Positions 1-13,289 of a stretch of DNA of 64,000 bases are shown here, piece by piece; position 1 is the first letter of the stretch; the number at the start of each line of letters is the position of its first letter. Both the position numbers and the translations under genes were made by a program. This stretch comes from Acanthaster planci (Eukaryota): contig NW_019091360.1 in the NCBI RefSeq assembly GCF_001949145.1, forward strand, positions 2,353,599 to 2,417,598, given 5' to 3'. The notes under the pieces are model-generated. The model was not told where the DNA came from. It did not search any database and saw only the letters and a program-made list of their open reading frames with translations.

Positions 1-1707
1 GCACGCATCCGCCTCACTGTCGTAGGAAAGGAGACATGCAAACAAAGCATGGTGTCATTATGTTACAGGTTTATTGATGTGATGGACCCAATGGCAAATC
101 AAACTAGGGTCTCCAGAGGTCAAAGGTGAAGAAAGTACTACGCCAACCTGCCCATTGCACCGGTACTTGTAAACCAAGTATTTACATGTAGGTTATAAAT
201 GCTTGTTGAGTAATTCACATTGTGCAAGATACATGTATTGCAAAAGTTGTTATAAAGCAAGAAATGGGATCCAAGACCATTTGGATCCCATCATTATTTG
301 TTTCATGCTTTATGTCAGAAATCAACCCATTGCTCCTGTCAATCCACTTCACCCCGCTCTTCCTGAAACTTGAAAGGTCTCCCTCTGGTGTCTTCCTTGA
401 GGGTTTGTGAGAATGAGGTCCTTGTGAGAACAATCGGCACCTGTTGCTAGGAAAAGCCTTTGAAAACCAGAGAAGGGGTGTCTATAATGTGACAGTTCTA
501 TACACTTTGGGGGGGGACTTTGTCTGGATTTATTTTATAGCGTGTTCCTTGGATATGATGGTCTGGTGGAGAAATAATCATGTGTCGTCATTGTGCTGAC
601 TTCTTGTTTCTTTCTGGGGAGGACTGTCTGTTTCATAACTTGATAAAAACGACAAAAGTCAACTTTGTGGACAAGTTATGAAAACCTAACTGCTGGCGTA
701 TTATTATTGGGTTTTTTTTAGGGGGGATGGTGTTACCATGAACATTGTCTTGAAATTCTTTCATGAACAAAAGACATTCCTCCAAGCTTTCGTTTGACTT
801 TGATGAGTTCCCGTGGATGAATTGTCAGTGAGCATGGCTATGGTATCAGAACAGCAATGGAAAACAGAATTAAAGCATTTCGCATGATGAAGTTCGGCTG
901 CCTTGGGCCCAAAAGGAATCTAAAGCTGTCACGCTTTTGGAATGATTGCCACATTGATTGCTTCCTTGGATGGCCCTGATCTGAAAAATACAAGCGCACG
1001 AATGTTTACGTTTTTGTGAGAGCTGCGTAGGCAAGGAAATTCTCTCGCATTTAAAAAAAAGAAAGAAAAGAAAGCGCTTCGGCTCTGGCAAGATAGAGGT
1101 GACTACTAACAACACTCCGCTTTGCTTGAGGGAAGCGGTGCCTGCTATGACACTAGGTCAGTACACAACAAATTCACCCTTTGTATTAGTTTTTGTAATA
1201 GTTTCTAACTGAAAAAGGTCAAGATTTGGAAACCTGACAGTTGCGTCAAGGCAACGTGGAAGTACAAATTTTGAGGAGAATCTAAATGTTCATGAACAAG
1301 GAATTGTTTCACCGTGTGTCACTGTCTAACGTTGCACACCAAAACAAGGCCAAAGAGAACTGCATTGTAATCTCTTCATTAACTCTTTGGTAGCTATGCT
1401 AATAACTTGCATATGAAAACAGTTAGCTGGTTAGGAATACATGTGCATGACTAACACGTTGACTAGTCATTCTTTTCTCGTTTAATCCATTCATTGCCTA
1501 TTAATCTGAAGGGGGGACAAACACACACCAAACAAACTTCATTTACTAATTCTGCTGTGGAGCTACTGCTGAGCTACTCTCTCAAAATCACTTCATGTTC
1601 AAAATCACTTTCATAAAGGTACATGTAGATGTATTTTCTTCCAAATAAAAAAACAAACAAACAAACAGATCTCCTCAAAAAACAGTTTGAAATTTGTTTT
1701 GTCGTAG

Positions 1708-1861
1708 GAGCCGGAACCAGTTCAGCAGTTTTCAGGACGAAGGGGTCAGGATAACCAGGCTAACACCACAGCGACCTTCACAGCTCGGCCTGGCCGGCTG
1801 GGTTCAGCATCAACCGATACCACCAGTACCTCAGTGCGCACAGCTAGACTCCCATCACATG
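1708..1861 (+). CDS. PPP1R12A: MYPT1-like internal exon (EPEPVQQFSGRRGQDNQANTTATFTARPGRLGSASTDTTSTSVRTARLPSH-G), phase 0 to 1; the gene begins upstream of the window
   Basis: Acceptor ttttgtcgtag, donor G|gtcagt, 154 nt open in phase 0. Ser/Thr-rich like the MYPT1 central region. End phase fits the next exon. Confidence 0.75.
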
Positions 1862-2426
1862 GTCAGTTTCCCCTTTTGTAGTTAATTTTTCATTTCAGTT
1901 CACACACGCATGGTTCAGTTGATAATTTATTTTGTAATGCATGGTGAGATTTGCTATCTGCTCTTTCAGCAGACAGGGAATTGAGCAAAAGTTGCCAGCA
2001 TCAATTCTACACTGTACACTTAGGAATCTTTTATGAAAGAACGGCAAAGTAAGAGTGGGGTTTGGGGTGAAAATTATCTCTTGATAGTACTGTTCCCAAG
2101 AGTCCACAAGATTAGCTTTGTCTTTGATGTATCTTACAATATAAAACTAGTTCTTCAGCCCTAGAGATGTACTTAGAACTTACGCTCCTTAGAGTTACAG
2201 AAACTCTCGAGCTTGAGAGAATATTCAGTTAACTGCAGTTTGTTTAATGAATGTTAACCCAGACTGCACGTGTCCTCATACAAGTGACGTATTTGAACCT
2301 GATGCATAAATCTAATTAGCTGAGACACATCATTCCCATGTTGGCCGAGTTCATTTTTGACATGACCTGGTGAGAAGGGAAGGTGCCGTTTTAACCGGTG
2401 CCCTACTTTTATCCGTCCAAATCCAG

Positions 2427-2641
2427 GCACTGATGAAGCCAAGGAGAAAGAGCGACGAGAGAGTGCCCGGAAAGACCACGAGCAGGAGCGTCTGCGGAAA
2501 GAGCGGGAGAAGGAGAAGGAGCGGGAGAAGGAGAAAGAGAAGGACGACGACGACAAGTCGCCCAAGAAGCACAGCACCATCTCGAGACGTCGGCCCCGTG
2601 AACGGCGACGTGCCACTGGGGTCATTTACATCGATGAAGAG
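2427..2641 (+). CDS. PPP1R12A: MYPT1-like exon with an E/K/R-rich tract and the motif RRRPRERRRATGVIY (equivalent of the Thr853 ROCK site), phase 1 to 0
   Basis: Acceptor atccag, donor GAG|gtacgt. Translation TDEAKEKERRESARKDHEQERLRKEREKEKEREKEKEKDDDDKSPKKHSTISRRRPRERRRATGVIYIDEE resembles vertebrate MYPT1 RRRPREKRRSTGVSF. Confidence 0.92.
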
Positions 2642-2894
2642 GTACGTGCTTCAAGTAACAGTAGCTCTGGTCTCTTCACTAGAGTGCTAACTCTCTGGGG
2701 TATAGTTGTAAAGAATACCATCATGTAATCTATTTTCTCAGAGTGAATACATCCTGTCTCCCCTACTACAAAATATCTGTTGTCTTTTCACGTACGTGTG
2801 TGAAATAAGCTAATTTCTGGATTTGGCATTGATTTATAACACTTGCGAGATGCCATAGTAAGGACATCCATTTGAAAGTTTGATATCAGTACAG

Positions 2895-3293
2895 CAGTGT
2901 TGTAGTTGAGTACATTTTGAGTACCAAGTTGTTTGCGAAGTATTTAACTAGTTAGGAGGGAACAAAGCTGGAATACATGGGCATTGATGGTAAATGCGCA
3001 AAGGTAAGATTACAAAGTAAAATGATGACTTGAGACTACCGCAGTTTAATAAAAAATTCAGTTTTGGGACAAAAGTACTTGAAAAGCTGAGTACTTTCCA
3101 AGTACATGTACTTTTCTCTTTAAAACTTAAATTTTACAAAACTTGGAGTTTCTGAAGTCTTCCGTTTAGTTTGTAATCTTACGTTTGTGCATTTACCATC
3201 AATGCCCATGTACTCCAGCTTCATTCCCACTTACCCATTTTAGTATTTGGCAGAGAACCTTGGCACTACGCCAAGCACTCGACTACAACACCG
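2895..3293. mobile_element. Palindromic (fold-back) non-autonomous DNA transposon / MITE, hAT-like
   Basis: Termini cagtgttgtagttgagt / actcgactacaacaccg. Long internal arms are complementary (agctggaatacatgggcattgatggtaaatgc vs gcatttaccatcaatgcccatgtactccagct). Degenerate 8-bp TSD cagtacag/cagtgcaa. Confidence 0.8.
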
Positions 3294-3707
3294 CAGTGCA
3301 ATGTTGGCAACCACATACTGGAAGCTCTTTTGTGAAGCGGTGAAATTTCAAGGGTATCTTTGGATCCACTTTTATAAACTCGTGACGTGATGGCGTTCAG
3401 ATTTCTGTGAGCATAAGGGAAAGTGGCAAGGCACAGCTAACCAAGTGGCAGCTCCTCCTGCAGATCGGTGCAGTGGGTCCCTGCTCACTATGCTTTCTGT
3501 ATCATCTCTGACAACTTGATTGTCGCGAGATAGTGATAACATGCATTAGTTAATGGTGGTTAGCTCTTTTTACTCTTAAACCTCGGAGCAATAGCAGTGA
3601 CCCTATTTAGCAAGCAGGAATAACTTTTAAGCATTTTTTCCTCTGTCATTAATCTAATGGCATGAAAATCATGCAAGATTCCATCACTCATTGAAATACA
3701 TTGCCTG

Positions 3708-4200
3708 TAGGGCTGAGTAATTTCGAATAATTCACTCTTCTAGTATTCGGCCTTCAATTTGATGGAATATCCGAATATTCAGTCGCACCAACTGGCAGAT
3801 TGTTGATGAACAAACCATATACAAAATCAGTTGCAATAGCACACAGTTGTACATTATGATCAATGTAATAGCTTCTCACATCTAGGAGTACCTCCAGCCA
3901 CGATTTATCAAGATTGAAGAGATGAACAAGACTTCTTGCCCTGTCAAAAATTTATATTCCTTTCGAATTGTTAAATAAATAATTTAGTTTTTAAATTGTT
4001 GTAAGGTTTCTGACGCTTTTCATTTGAATCTGCTCAAAACAAGCCTCCTTTGTGCAATTTTTCTCATTTATTCCAATAAAAGAAAATTTTCCCTTTCTTT
4101 TCATGAATTTTGCATTCGAATATTTACATTCAAAAGTAATATTGGAATATTGGACAATTGATCGAATATTCGGTTATTGAGATATTCAGCCACAGCCCTA
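3708..4200. mobile_element. Non-autonomous hAT-type element
   Basis: TIR tagggctg...cagcccta, subterminal GAATATTC/CGAATA repeats at both ends, 8-bp TSD attgcctg / attgcccg. Confidence 0.85.
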
Positions 4201-5286
4201 ATTGCCCGGTTACACTGGTTGAAATTCACATTAACAGAAGTTTGTAGGACCAAATGTACCCGCATTTATGCTGGAATATCTGGGGTTTTCTTCCAAGGAA
4301 AAAGTCTTGTGCCTTTTATCTGGTTTGTAAGTGACTTCGTCATACAAGTAGACACGCCACGATTTGCAGGCTCCCATTGGACAATCGCTGAACTTGCGAG
4401 TTAACTTGCAGTTCCAGGGTTCCATGCAAATGGCGATCAACGCATGTAACTCTATGTGCAGTGCATGTCCAGTGGGCATGGTTTAAACTGACGTGACATC
4501 ACACTTACGAACCGGATATTTCGATGTCTTGAGCAAGCAGTTTGATTAAATAGCATTGTTCAGCTTATCAGACCAAAATGAAGACAGTCTGGGAGACATG
4601 TAATGACTAATGCATCACTTAATTGGTATACATCCAGTAACATTCCTTGAAATAGCACAATAGTGGTGAAGTATGGTGAAATCACAATAAAGATGAATTG
4701 AAAAATGTTGTTATCTTTTTTACGTCTGTTCATTAATACATCCTCTGTAATATTTCTAGCTGCTTTTAAATAAAATCTTCAAACTGAGAGAAACTTGTCT
4801 GTGTCCCGGATCTTTCTTATTGAGTGATTAACATTTCCCCCTCCTTCAATACACTTACATTTCAGGCGAACCTCTACAGCGAGTAGTTGTATGGTTCTGT
4901 TTTCCTTTCTTTCCATTGCCTGTAGATTTTCATTTCCAGCACCATGCGCCGTAGCTGACCTAGAATGTGTGTGGTAGATCATTTTTGTTTTTGCAAAACC
5001 TATAAAGCCGCATTGCATGCACGATGCTGTTCAGGTGGACCAGTTAAACATCAAATTCAGTCAGATATATTTACATACTTTTTCATTTCATTTCATACTT
5101 TAATTAACTTCCCTCATTAAGTGCATACTTTGGAGGTATTATCTCTCTGTGCATTTAAAGGGTCAGTTTGTTCTCTTACATTTGAAGAATTCTAAAGAAA
5201 ATGTCGCCCAATACATCGAGAAAAAACACCCATTTCTTTTTTTTCTTGTAATTTTTGTCTAATTTTGAGATATGTTTTTTGCTTAG

Positions 5287-5343
5287 AACGAAGACGAATC
5301 AGAGGACTCACAAGTAGAAGATAAAGATAAACTTTCTGAAAAG
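5287..5343 (+). CDS. PPP1R12A: MYPT1-like acidic exon NEDESEDSQVEDKDKLSEK, phase 0 to 0
   Basis: T-rich acceptor ttttttgcttag, donor AAG|gtaagg, 57 nt open. An acidic segment follows the RRxTG motif in vertebrate MYPT1 as well. Confidence 0.88.
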
Positions 5344-6599
5344 GTAAGGCAGAGCATTCACTATTTACATTTTATAGGAACTTAAGAAATCTTTTTGATG
5401 CCAAGTTTCAACAAAATGAAAACCATGAAGAGTGCATTACAAGGCATCAGATATCCAATAACCAATACTTGCCCTGTTACTTTGTTATGGCGCCCTCTGT
5501 TGACAGGCATATATGTATTTATATCTTATCAGAAGTGAATCCTAAAGTTTGAAAGAGCATTGCATCTGCTTGAGTGTTGGAAAGACAGATGCTTTTTGAA
5601 ACAGTTGATAAGGGACTGTTCTGGACATTCTACCTTGTGTTTCTTGGGCTGGAAATGTGTCAAAGATGTTTTACTGATAACTTTATCGTGGGTTTGTTGC
5701 AGACAGAAACTTGAAGTGTGGTACACTTGCTCACAGACTTTAGTTCTGAGAACTATGTTGACAACTTGCACCTTCCCCGGAAAAAAACCCTGGTTTTAAA
5801 CGTTACCGGTACTTTACACGTTAGCAGCTGGGAAAGCCTGGCTTACTGTTGTCATAGCAACTGTGATGTCAGCTTCTGGCGGTATCCAGGGTATTTGTAT
5901 GCAGTTGCCCATGACAAATGGCATCTTACTTCTGTGTGGCATGTAATGATAGTATTCGCTCTTAGCTTCAAAATATCGTTGAAGGGGCTGAGGTTGTTGG
6001 ACCGTGTGAGGCAGGTGTATGTAAATGAAGAATGTTTACATGTCTTTGCATGGCGGTGTCCCATTTAGTTTAATGAAGAAACTTATTTCATCTATGAACA
6101 CAATATCCCTTTGGAACAGAGAAGTGAAACCTTTCCTTTACAATGTTTCCTCTGGCAAATTTTGCTACAAATCATGTACGCAAATCTTGTGCTGTCTTAA
6201 TAAAACTTAACGCTTGGTCCAGCCGCGTGTGGCTTCGGCATACAAAAATTGTATGTCATGATAATGTGTTATTCGTTTCATATGAAGATTTTATTGTTTA
6301 AAGTTATTGTAAAAAGTTATGTTTTGCCTATTTGATTTTTAATGATAGTGAGTTTTCAATTTCAAAACCACTGCCATGAAAACTTAGTACAGTATACTTA
6401 CAGATTTGCATAGATTTTCATTGACGTTCACTATCCATTTTGGTCCAGGTGATTCTAGACAGAGATTTTGCTGTGAAGGGAATATAGAAGTATCATTTAA
6501 GTGGTGCAATACGTTTTATAGATGTTTTGCCTTCTGCTTTCAGTTTCTTTATTGAGATTACTAACAATGCTTAGTTTGTTTTATGAATTGGATCATGAC

Positions 6600-6904
6600 A
6601 TATGTGATGCAATCTGCAAAAACCCTTCACATGGTGAGCTTTGTCTTTTAGGCGCGTATAAACTTTCAATTAATATGGACATGCTCTTGTTTTTAGAAAC
6701 ATTACATTTTTGATTCTAGGTTGTCTACAACATGAATCTAAGTTGTCTAGAATCACAAATTAAACAGTTTTGAAAACAGGGTAGTGTCCAGATCAATTTG
6801 AAGTTGATACATCTGTGAGCCAAAATTAAAAAAGGGGGAAAAATGGAGGGCTCACACATTAGCATGTTCCCCTCCCATAAAACCCTTGTCAGCAGGTCAC
6901 ATAT
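6600..6904. mobile_element. Possible decayed MITE
   Basis: Short terminal inverted match atatgtga / tcacatat; interior degenerate. Confidence 0.35.
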
Positions 6905-8294
6905 TTGTTGCTTTTTGTGGATGCTTTCTCATTTGGAGTAATCATTTGGCATCTTTTGAGACTTTTGATTCACTTAGGTCAAGCAACAATTTTTTGAACA
7001 CATCTGGCCTGTTCCCAGTCTGTGAATTTTTTTCCAGTGAATGAATGCCTATGTATACACTCTGTACAAGGCCATGTGCTCCAAAATACCCCCCCCCCAT
7101 GGTTAAGGCAGAGAGTGTATTCATATGCTAATGCTGCACTTCACTGCTGCAAGACCCCGGGGTTAGACATCAGCATATGACGTCAGAAGACAAATATAGC
7201 TTGGATTTGTTCGGAATTGTTCCTGCGGCATGTGCACAGCTTGGAATAGCATAGCAACTCTCAACAAGATAGAGCTTTTACCGTACGTACAGTACATTGA
7301 TTGTACTTGTGCATGGAAGTAGAAATGATAGGTGTACCATGTTGGCGTTGCCTAGGGAGAACTATGTGTCCGATGTAGATCATTATTCTTGTGGATTCAC
7401 GGCTTGGGTCTCAGTCTGTCCATGTCATGCAACAGTGACACCAGCAGTTGTCTGCCACTGCGGTTTTCTAATTGATAAGTCTCTTGCTGATAGTTAGTAA
7501 CCCAATTAAGGAACCTGGTTTTGTCTTTCATAAGTGGATGTTAGTCCGGCCGGCCATACCAGAGCTTGTTGTCACTGCCGAGGAGCACGCCATCACTTGT
7601 GTTGTTTGTTCACCAGTGCAAGAACCATTGATATACAGATTGACCTCTTTTTTTTTCAGAGCCTATAAATGCTGGGAAGTTAAACTCTGGCTCTCAGGAG
7701 TCTGTCTAAAGATGTTTTTCCGTATAGTTTTTCTCGGCTAGTTCACGTATTGGGAAAAAAATTGGTTGAAGGTGGAAAAGTTGGGCAGTTGATTCCACGT
7801 GGTAAATATTCAGTGGAGTATTAAAGACCGGAATGAGCTGGAGTGGATGTCGCATTTGAGTAACAGTCTGGCTGTTCTTGTTATCGGCTGTGTTGAGGAT
7901 TACACCGGTATCTGTTGCGATAGTCGACCCCGAGTGCAACCATTGGAAGAATGCTAGGAATGCCCTCCGGTTAGCAACTGCTTCACAGGCTGGCCATAGA
8001 CTGGACGAAAGGGGGCGAGAGATGAGATGAGAGAAAGAAAAAACCCTCTTGATGAAGCTTTATGAATCTAAGATGTAAATGAATGAACTGTCTTTTGAAA
8101 AATGACCTATGACCTGGATTGGATAACCGCCTCATCTTGATCAACACCATGGACTAACTTGGATTAACAGCCTTGGATAATCCAGTCAAGCCAGCTTAAT
8201 TTTGCCGTCCTCATTCCACTTGCGGTTTAAGCAGCGAGTTCTGAAAATAGTTTCTCTTCTGTGAAGAGAAGGACATTAACTCAAAAGGACGAAT

Positions 8295-8438
8295 ATGTCT
8301 TACGGATCCTATGGACGTTACGGCAGCGGAAGTCCGTATTCTTCCTCCTCGTCCAGCCCCTACTCAAGTTCTCGGTATGGGGGTTCTGGAAGCAGTCGAT
8401 TGGGGTCAACCGGGTCAGGCACAGGAGGCTACAGCAGT
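8295..8438 (+). CDS. PPP1R12A: Putative alternative first coding exon of a short MYPT isoform: MSYGSYGRYGSGSPYSSSSSSPYSSSRYGGSGSSRLGSTGSGTGGYSS
   Basis: ATG with A at -3 and an in-frame TAA at 8277-8279, so it cannot be a phase-0 internal exon from upstream. 48 codons of coding-like S/G/Y composition. Donor AGT|gtaaga in phase 0 matches exon 15987. Confidence 0.7.
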
Positions 8439-11400
8439 GTAAGAAGGATTCATACTCGTACTTGTTGATGTTTTTTAATTCCAAACTTCAGCATTCGTGC
8501 ACAGAAAATCATTGACTTTTTGTACATGTACTTTACCTCTTTCTTTCTTTCTTTTTTTTTCATTTCTGGTTTACTTGAGATCCATTGCCTAAGCGCTACT
8601 CGGGGAGTGTAAAGGCCAGTTCATGCTTCAGATGAATGATAAAGCAATGCAAATTTAACCTCATCAAATGGTTTGGCAGCAAATGTCGCTTGAGTTAAAA
8701 TGTGTTCAGCCATCATGAGCTTGCATGTTGACTGTTTGATCTGATGTCACAATGTCCCATTTGTGTTTGCTTTATATTGGGAAGCGGCCCTGAACGTTGA
8801 ATTCTTTGTTTCATATAAGTGACAATTGAAATGGATGCTTTGTACAGAGAAAGTTACCCACCTTATGGCAAAAGGCAAATGGCGTTGCAGGCAAAAGTGC
8901 GTAGTGCAGAGTTGCAGCCCACCATTGAGCAAAGGAATGGGCCATAGTGTTGTGGATTCTGTGGTTTGGGTCTTAATTGCTACACCACCCTCAAGCAAAC
9001 TATGGTGGTACACAGTACACCTGTGTATGCAATTGTCAATGCCATGAAAGCAGCCCAATAGTGGTTGGGGTAACAGGATGTATACTTTGAAAATTGGAAA
9101 ATTAGAAAGACCCATTCAAGCTTTTTTTTTCTTTGAGCCAATATTGCACGTACACGACCCATATGACATACGTGCTGTCGTGTTCTTTATTCATGTGTGA
9201 TGTGCATTCTGTGGAGCACTTGACGTGCAGCAAGAGCGCTATCAGAACCTGAAGAAGAAGTCGTGTTTTGCCCGCCATGAACTTAACGGCACTTTCTTTA
9301 CATTGGAGGTGTGATGTCAGCAACACTGACACAGAATCAAAGAAGCACAAAAACACTTTGCAGCGAACAGTAGATCCTCCATTGAGCAAGAAAAATCGGT
9401 CAGCTGTGGGCTCAGCCAATCAGCATCAAGGATTTCTTCTGCTTAAAGATGCTACATATAGGCATTCCATCCCGTCTCTACAGGAAATAATGTGACTTTA
9501 TTGCACATACTCTGATGTTTAGTTCATGTACAGGTTCATGCAGTAGGGACAGGGATACCAATTTTGGGAAACCATTTTTTTTGTGTGTGTGTGGATGATC
9601 CTGTTCATTCAAAGTTTCCATTGTTATTTTTGTAAGTGGTTTTCATTTCCAAGGTATTTACCATTACCGAGGGCTGTTTCTCTGTTTTTGGTGTTGTTTC
9701 GTACTGTTCATGTGATGGCCCGGAAAGAAGCTGGATGTTTTGAAAAATAAGGCATTCAGTGACATTCAGCCAGAGTTTATCTCTTTACATATTTTCATTA
9801 CATGGAAAACGTATTAGAAATTACATATTTTAGAATGCGGAATTTGTTTTGTTAGGGGGAGGGTGAAACCTGCAGGTGATTGGTTGCTTTTGCTGCCTAA
9901 ATTAACATTTTCATAAAGGAAACTGAATGGTAAAATTCATGTCTGGCAAGGAGTGATTGAGTACTTGTTAATGAGGCTTGGAATTCATGACCAAGTCTAG
10001 GGCGCAAAGCAAACATTCACAATAAAATGTAGAAATGTATGCTCAATTCTCGCAGGCTCATAGCAACGTGGCAGTGTTGACAGCCATCTTTGTTTGCCCT
10101 TGCTGGAAAAAATGTTTACCTGCCGAATGGCCTGCGCGCTTCAAACCCGGTCCTTGCTATTCAGATAGCATTGATCAGGAAAGTCATAATGGTGTAGCCA
10201 GGCCTATTCATCTGTTGCACAAATGGGCGCGATAAGAGAGCCCATCGCTGTTTACTCACCCCTCGGTCCTCTCCATAGTGCTTCTGTGATTTGCTGACTT
10301 ATGACAGTGTTGAGGTTTGGATTGTTTATCTGGTTGGGATCATTGAGGCCCCTTTGACATTTTGGAAATCTTTCCAGATTTTGGTTCTCCTTTCTTGCCA
10401 AGTTTCATAATGTTTTGCTGCCCTTTGGACACTGAGAACTTATGCGTTGCTGCATTTATATTCTGATAGCTGCTGACATGTACAGTGCTGGGGTTTTTGG
10501 AGGGGGGATGCCGGCAAGAAAGCAGCGGCTTACTTTGCTAAATTCAAATTTGAAACAAAAACCAGTTTGGGTGGTTAAGTTTTCCTGACAGAATGGAAAC
10601 CTGGGTCAGTCTGCAATACCGTAATCAAAGCTTGACCCAAACTGATTGAACATGCCTCTTGTCCTCTTTCTGAAGTTTGGATTGATTCTCATGTAATATG
10701 TATGAATCAAAGTGTGGCTAACCGTCCACCTTGTTAAAAGCACAAGGAAACTTCAATGATTAGGCTGAAAGAGTGTACCCTGGAGTCTGGTACCTTTGAC
10801 CGTAAGCACAGATTACATTACGTTCTCCATTGTGAGTGTCTGGGTGATCATACGGTAACAGCTTCCCTCGTTACACCCTGCAACAGTGCAAGAGGTCCTA
10901 ATCCAGCAGTGCTGGTATAAACATCACACAGGTCATGTTTCTTGGAGTTGGATTTGGTTTATCAACAACAAATTCCAGAAGAGAACTGTATTTTGTGCAC
11001 TTAATCGTTAGATTGATGAGAAATTATGTTCAGCTTCAAAGCAGCTGTTGTTTAAATTTAGGTTAGGGTGTTTGCAGAGCCATCAATGAATAGTTTTTTC
11101 TCCTCTGAGCTTTCTTGTTTTTTTCTGTTAATATCTTAACATACATCATTATTATGAACCACATGTAAACTGATGTGGAAAAAACTATATTTGACATTGA
11201 GTTTGTCATTGCATTGTTTTTGTGTGGAAGCTATTTTGAAAACATTGCAGTTTGGTGGCACAGGATTTTTCTTTTCCCATGTTAAAGGGATGATTGTGAA
11301 CCAGTACATCATCAAGGTTTTATAATGTTCCTGTTCAAAGCTACAAAAGTAGAAACCTACAGTAAGATGCTCTAATATTTAAGCAATCAAATTTTAAGAC

Positions 11401-13289
11401 AGGATTTCAGAATTTTATATGTTGTTCCTGGAAATTTTAGAGAAATTCTCGGATGACTTTAATACCAAAATTGTAAAAAGCATTTCCCACAAGTGCCAGC
11501 CTCATTGAGTTCGCTCAGTAGGACAGCATGTGAACAATAGTTCAGGCCCATATTTGGTAGAAGTGCTTCTAGTCAATAATAAGGCAGAGAGAAGCTGGGA
11601 GCAAGCACATCCAGTCCTGCTGACTGTAAGTCAGTTCCTGATTGAAACCCTATGCCCCGGCCCCCTGGTCCCATAGAGCTGTGTGAACAGGGGCATCAAA
11701 ACATCAGGCCCTTGGCTCCAGACCATGGGGTGAGCAAACTCCAAGAATGTGGGCCGAAGCAGGGACGGACGTCTGCCTTCAGTGTGAACACCCTAATGGA
11801 CCCCTAATGGACAGCCGTTTGAAGGTGTCAGTCTTCTTGTTTGTCACCTCAAGTTTCAGGAATTCCTGACACAGTTTTTTGTAGGAATGTACATTGAATG
11901 GTCGACAACCCTCACAATTGCTAGCAAACAATTTGTATCAAGATTTTATTATTACGTTTGGACAATGTTTCCGTGGTTGTTTTTCGAAGCATGCCCAAAG
12001 CAACTATAAAAAACAACCTCAGCCATAACCATAATTGAAACAGCTTTCCACTCTCTCCATCTGAAGACCTTGCGTTTATTATTTTTTTGTTTATTGTTGT
12101 GGTTTGGTTTCATAAACTGAAAGCATGCCCTTGTCCCATCGACCCTATTAAAGTGGAAAAAAAAATAAGCCCATTTGTTAAATGCTTACGTTATCACACG
12201 CGGGAGTCTGGTAGTGCTGGGCTTTTGTGCTATTGTGCTTTTGTGCTTACCTTGAAGTATGCACTGTCCTGTTTTGTAGAAGAAAATGCCATGCACAATA
12301 AGGTTGATATGGAGTAAAACACTTTAATTACACAAATTTGCATCACCCTGACAACAGTCAATGATCCTTGGGCTCATAGAAATCTACATTTATATACATG
12401 CAGATCTGTCTTTGCATCGGACCCCCTTTTCTCTGAGTGTTTTAACCTTAACTCTTGCAATCTTCTTTCTTCAAGCTTTCCTAATCCCTTTTTCCTACAC
12501 AAAATGGCATGTTCAGTTCAGTTTGTAATAACTTAACCAACCACAAGCGTAGGCTGGTTTCTGAAATTATTATAACTGTGTTGCAATTTTGAATCGATCA
12601 AAACAGTGCACATGTTTGGATTGAAAGCTTGAGGAACTCAACTCATGTAGTTCAGGTGTATGGCAGGAACTGAGTCGCTCACTTTAGTCACGAGCACTTG
12701 TCTCAGTGAAGGCTGGGATAAGCCGACAGATTTCCCCAGTTTCACTGGCAAATCGTCATTACTTTAATCGTCAGTTTTGCAGTCAAGGTGAACGTTATCC
12801 ATACAGGCAGATTTTATCTGTAATGATTATCATTTTCGAATGTACGTGTATGAGGCAGTTTGATGTCAGTAAAGTTTTTTGGGTTTTTTTTATTATACAT
12901 GCGCTATTCATCTTTTTTCATGAGTTACATTGACTATTAATTTCTGTCCATTAAACCTACCCATACTTTACAGTGCCATAACATTCTGTTTGATTGGGCA
13001 CAAAATCTCCTTGTACTTTGGGGTGAGCTTTAAGAAAATCTGTGAAGGGAAAGTGATTACATGGAATACATGAGAATTCCAGACATTTCACCTGAAAATT
13101 TCCAAGGACGTGAGCATGGCACTACAAAGGTTGGGGAATCGCATTAAATTATTCTCGCATGTACATGAACATGTGATCTTGCCAATAATCCAAAGTGCTA
13201 CTCGTATCATAATGAACTGTGAACAGTTTTATAAATACCATTTTTTGACAGTGCCATACTGCATTTTGTGAAATCCCGAAAAATTCTGG

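Noticed and set aside
2254..2690. ORF-track entries 2254-2625(-), 2351-2572(-) and 2370-2690(+)
   Set aside because: Shadow frames of the purine-rich MYPT exon; the true frame is set by splice phase.
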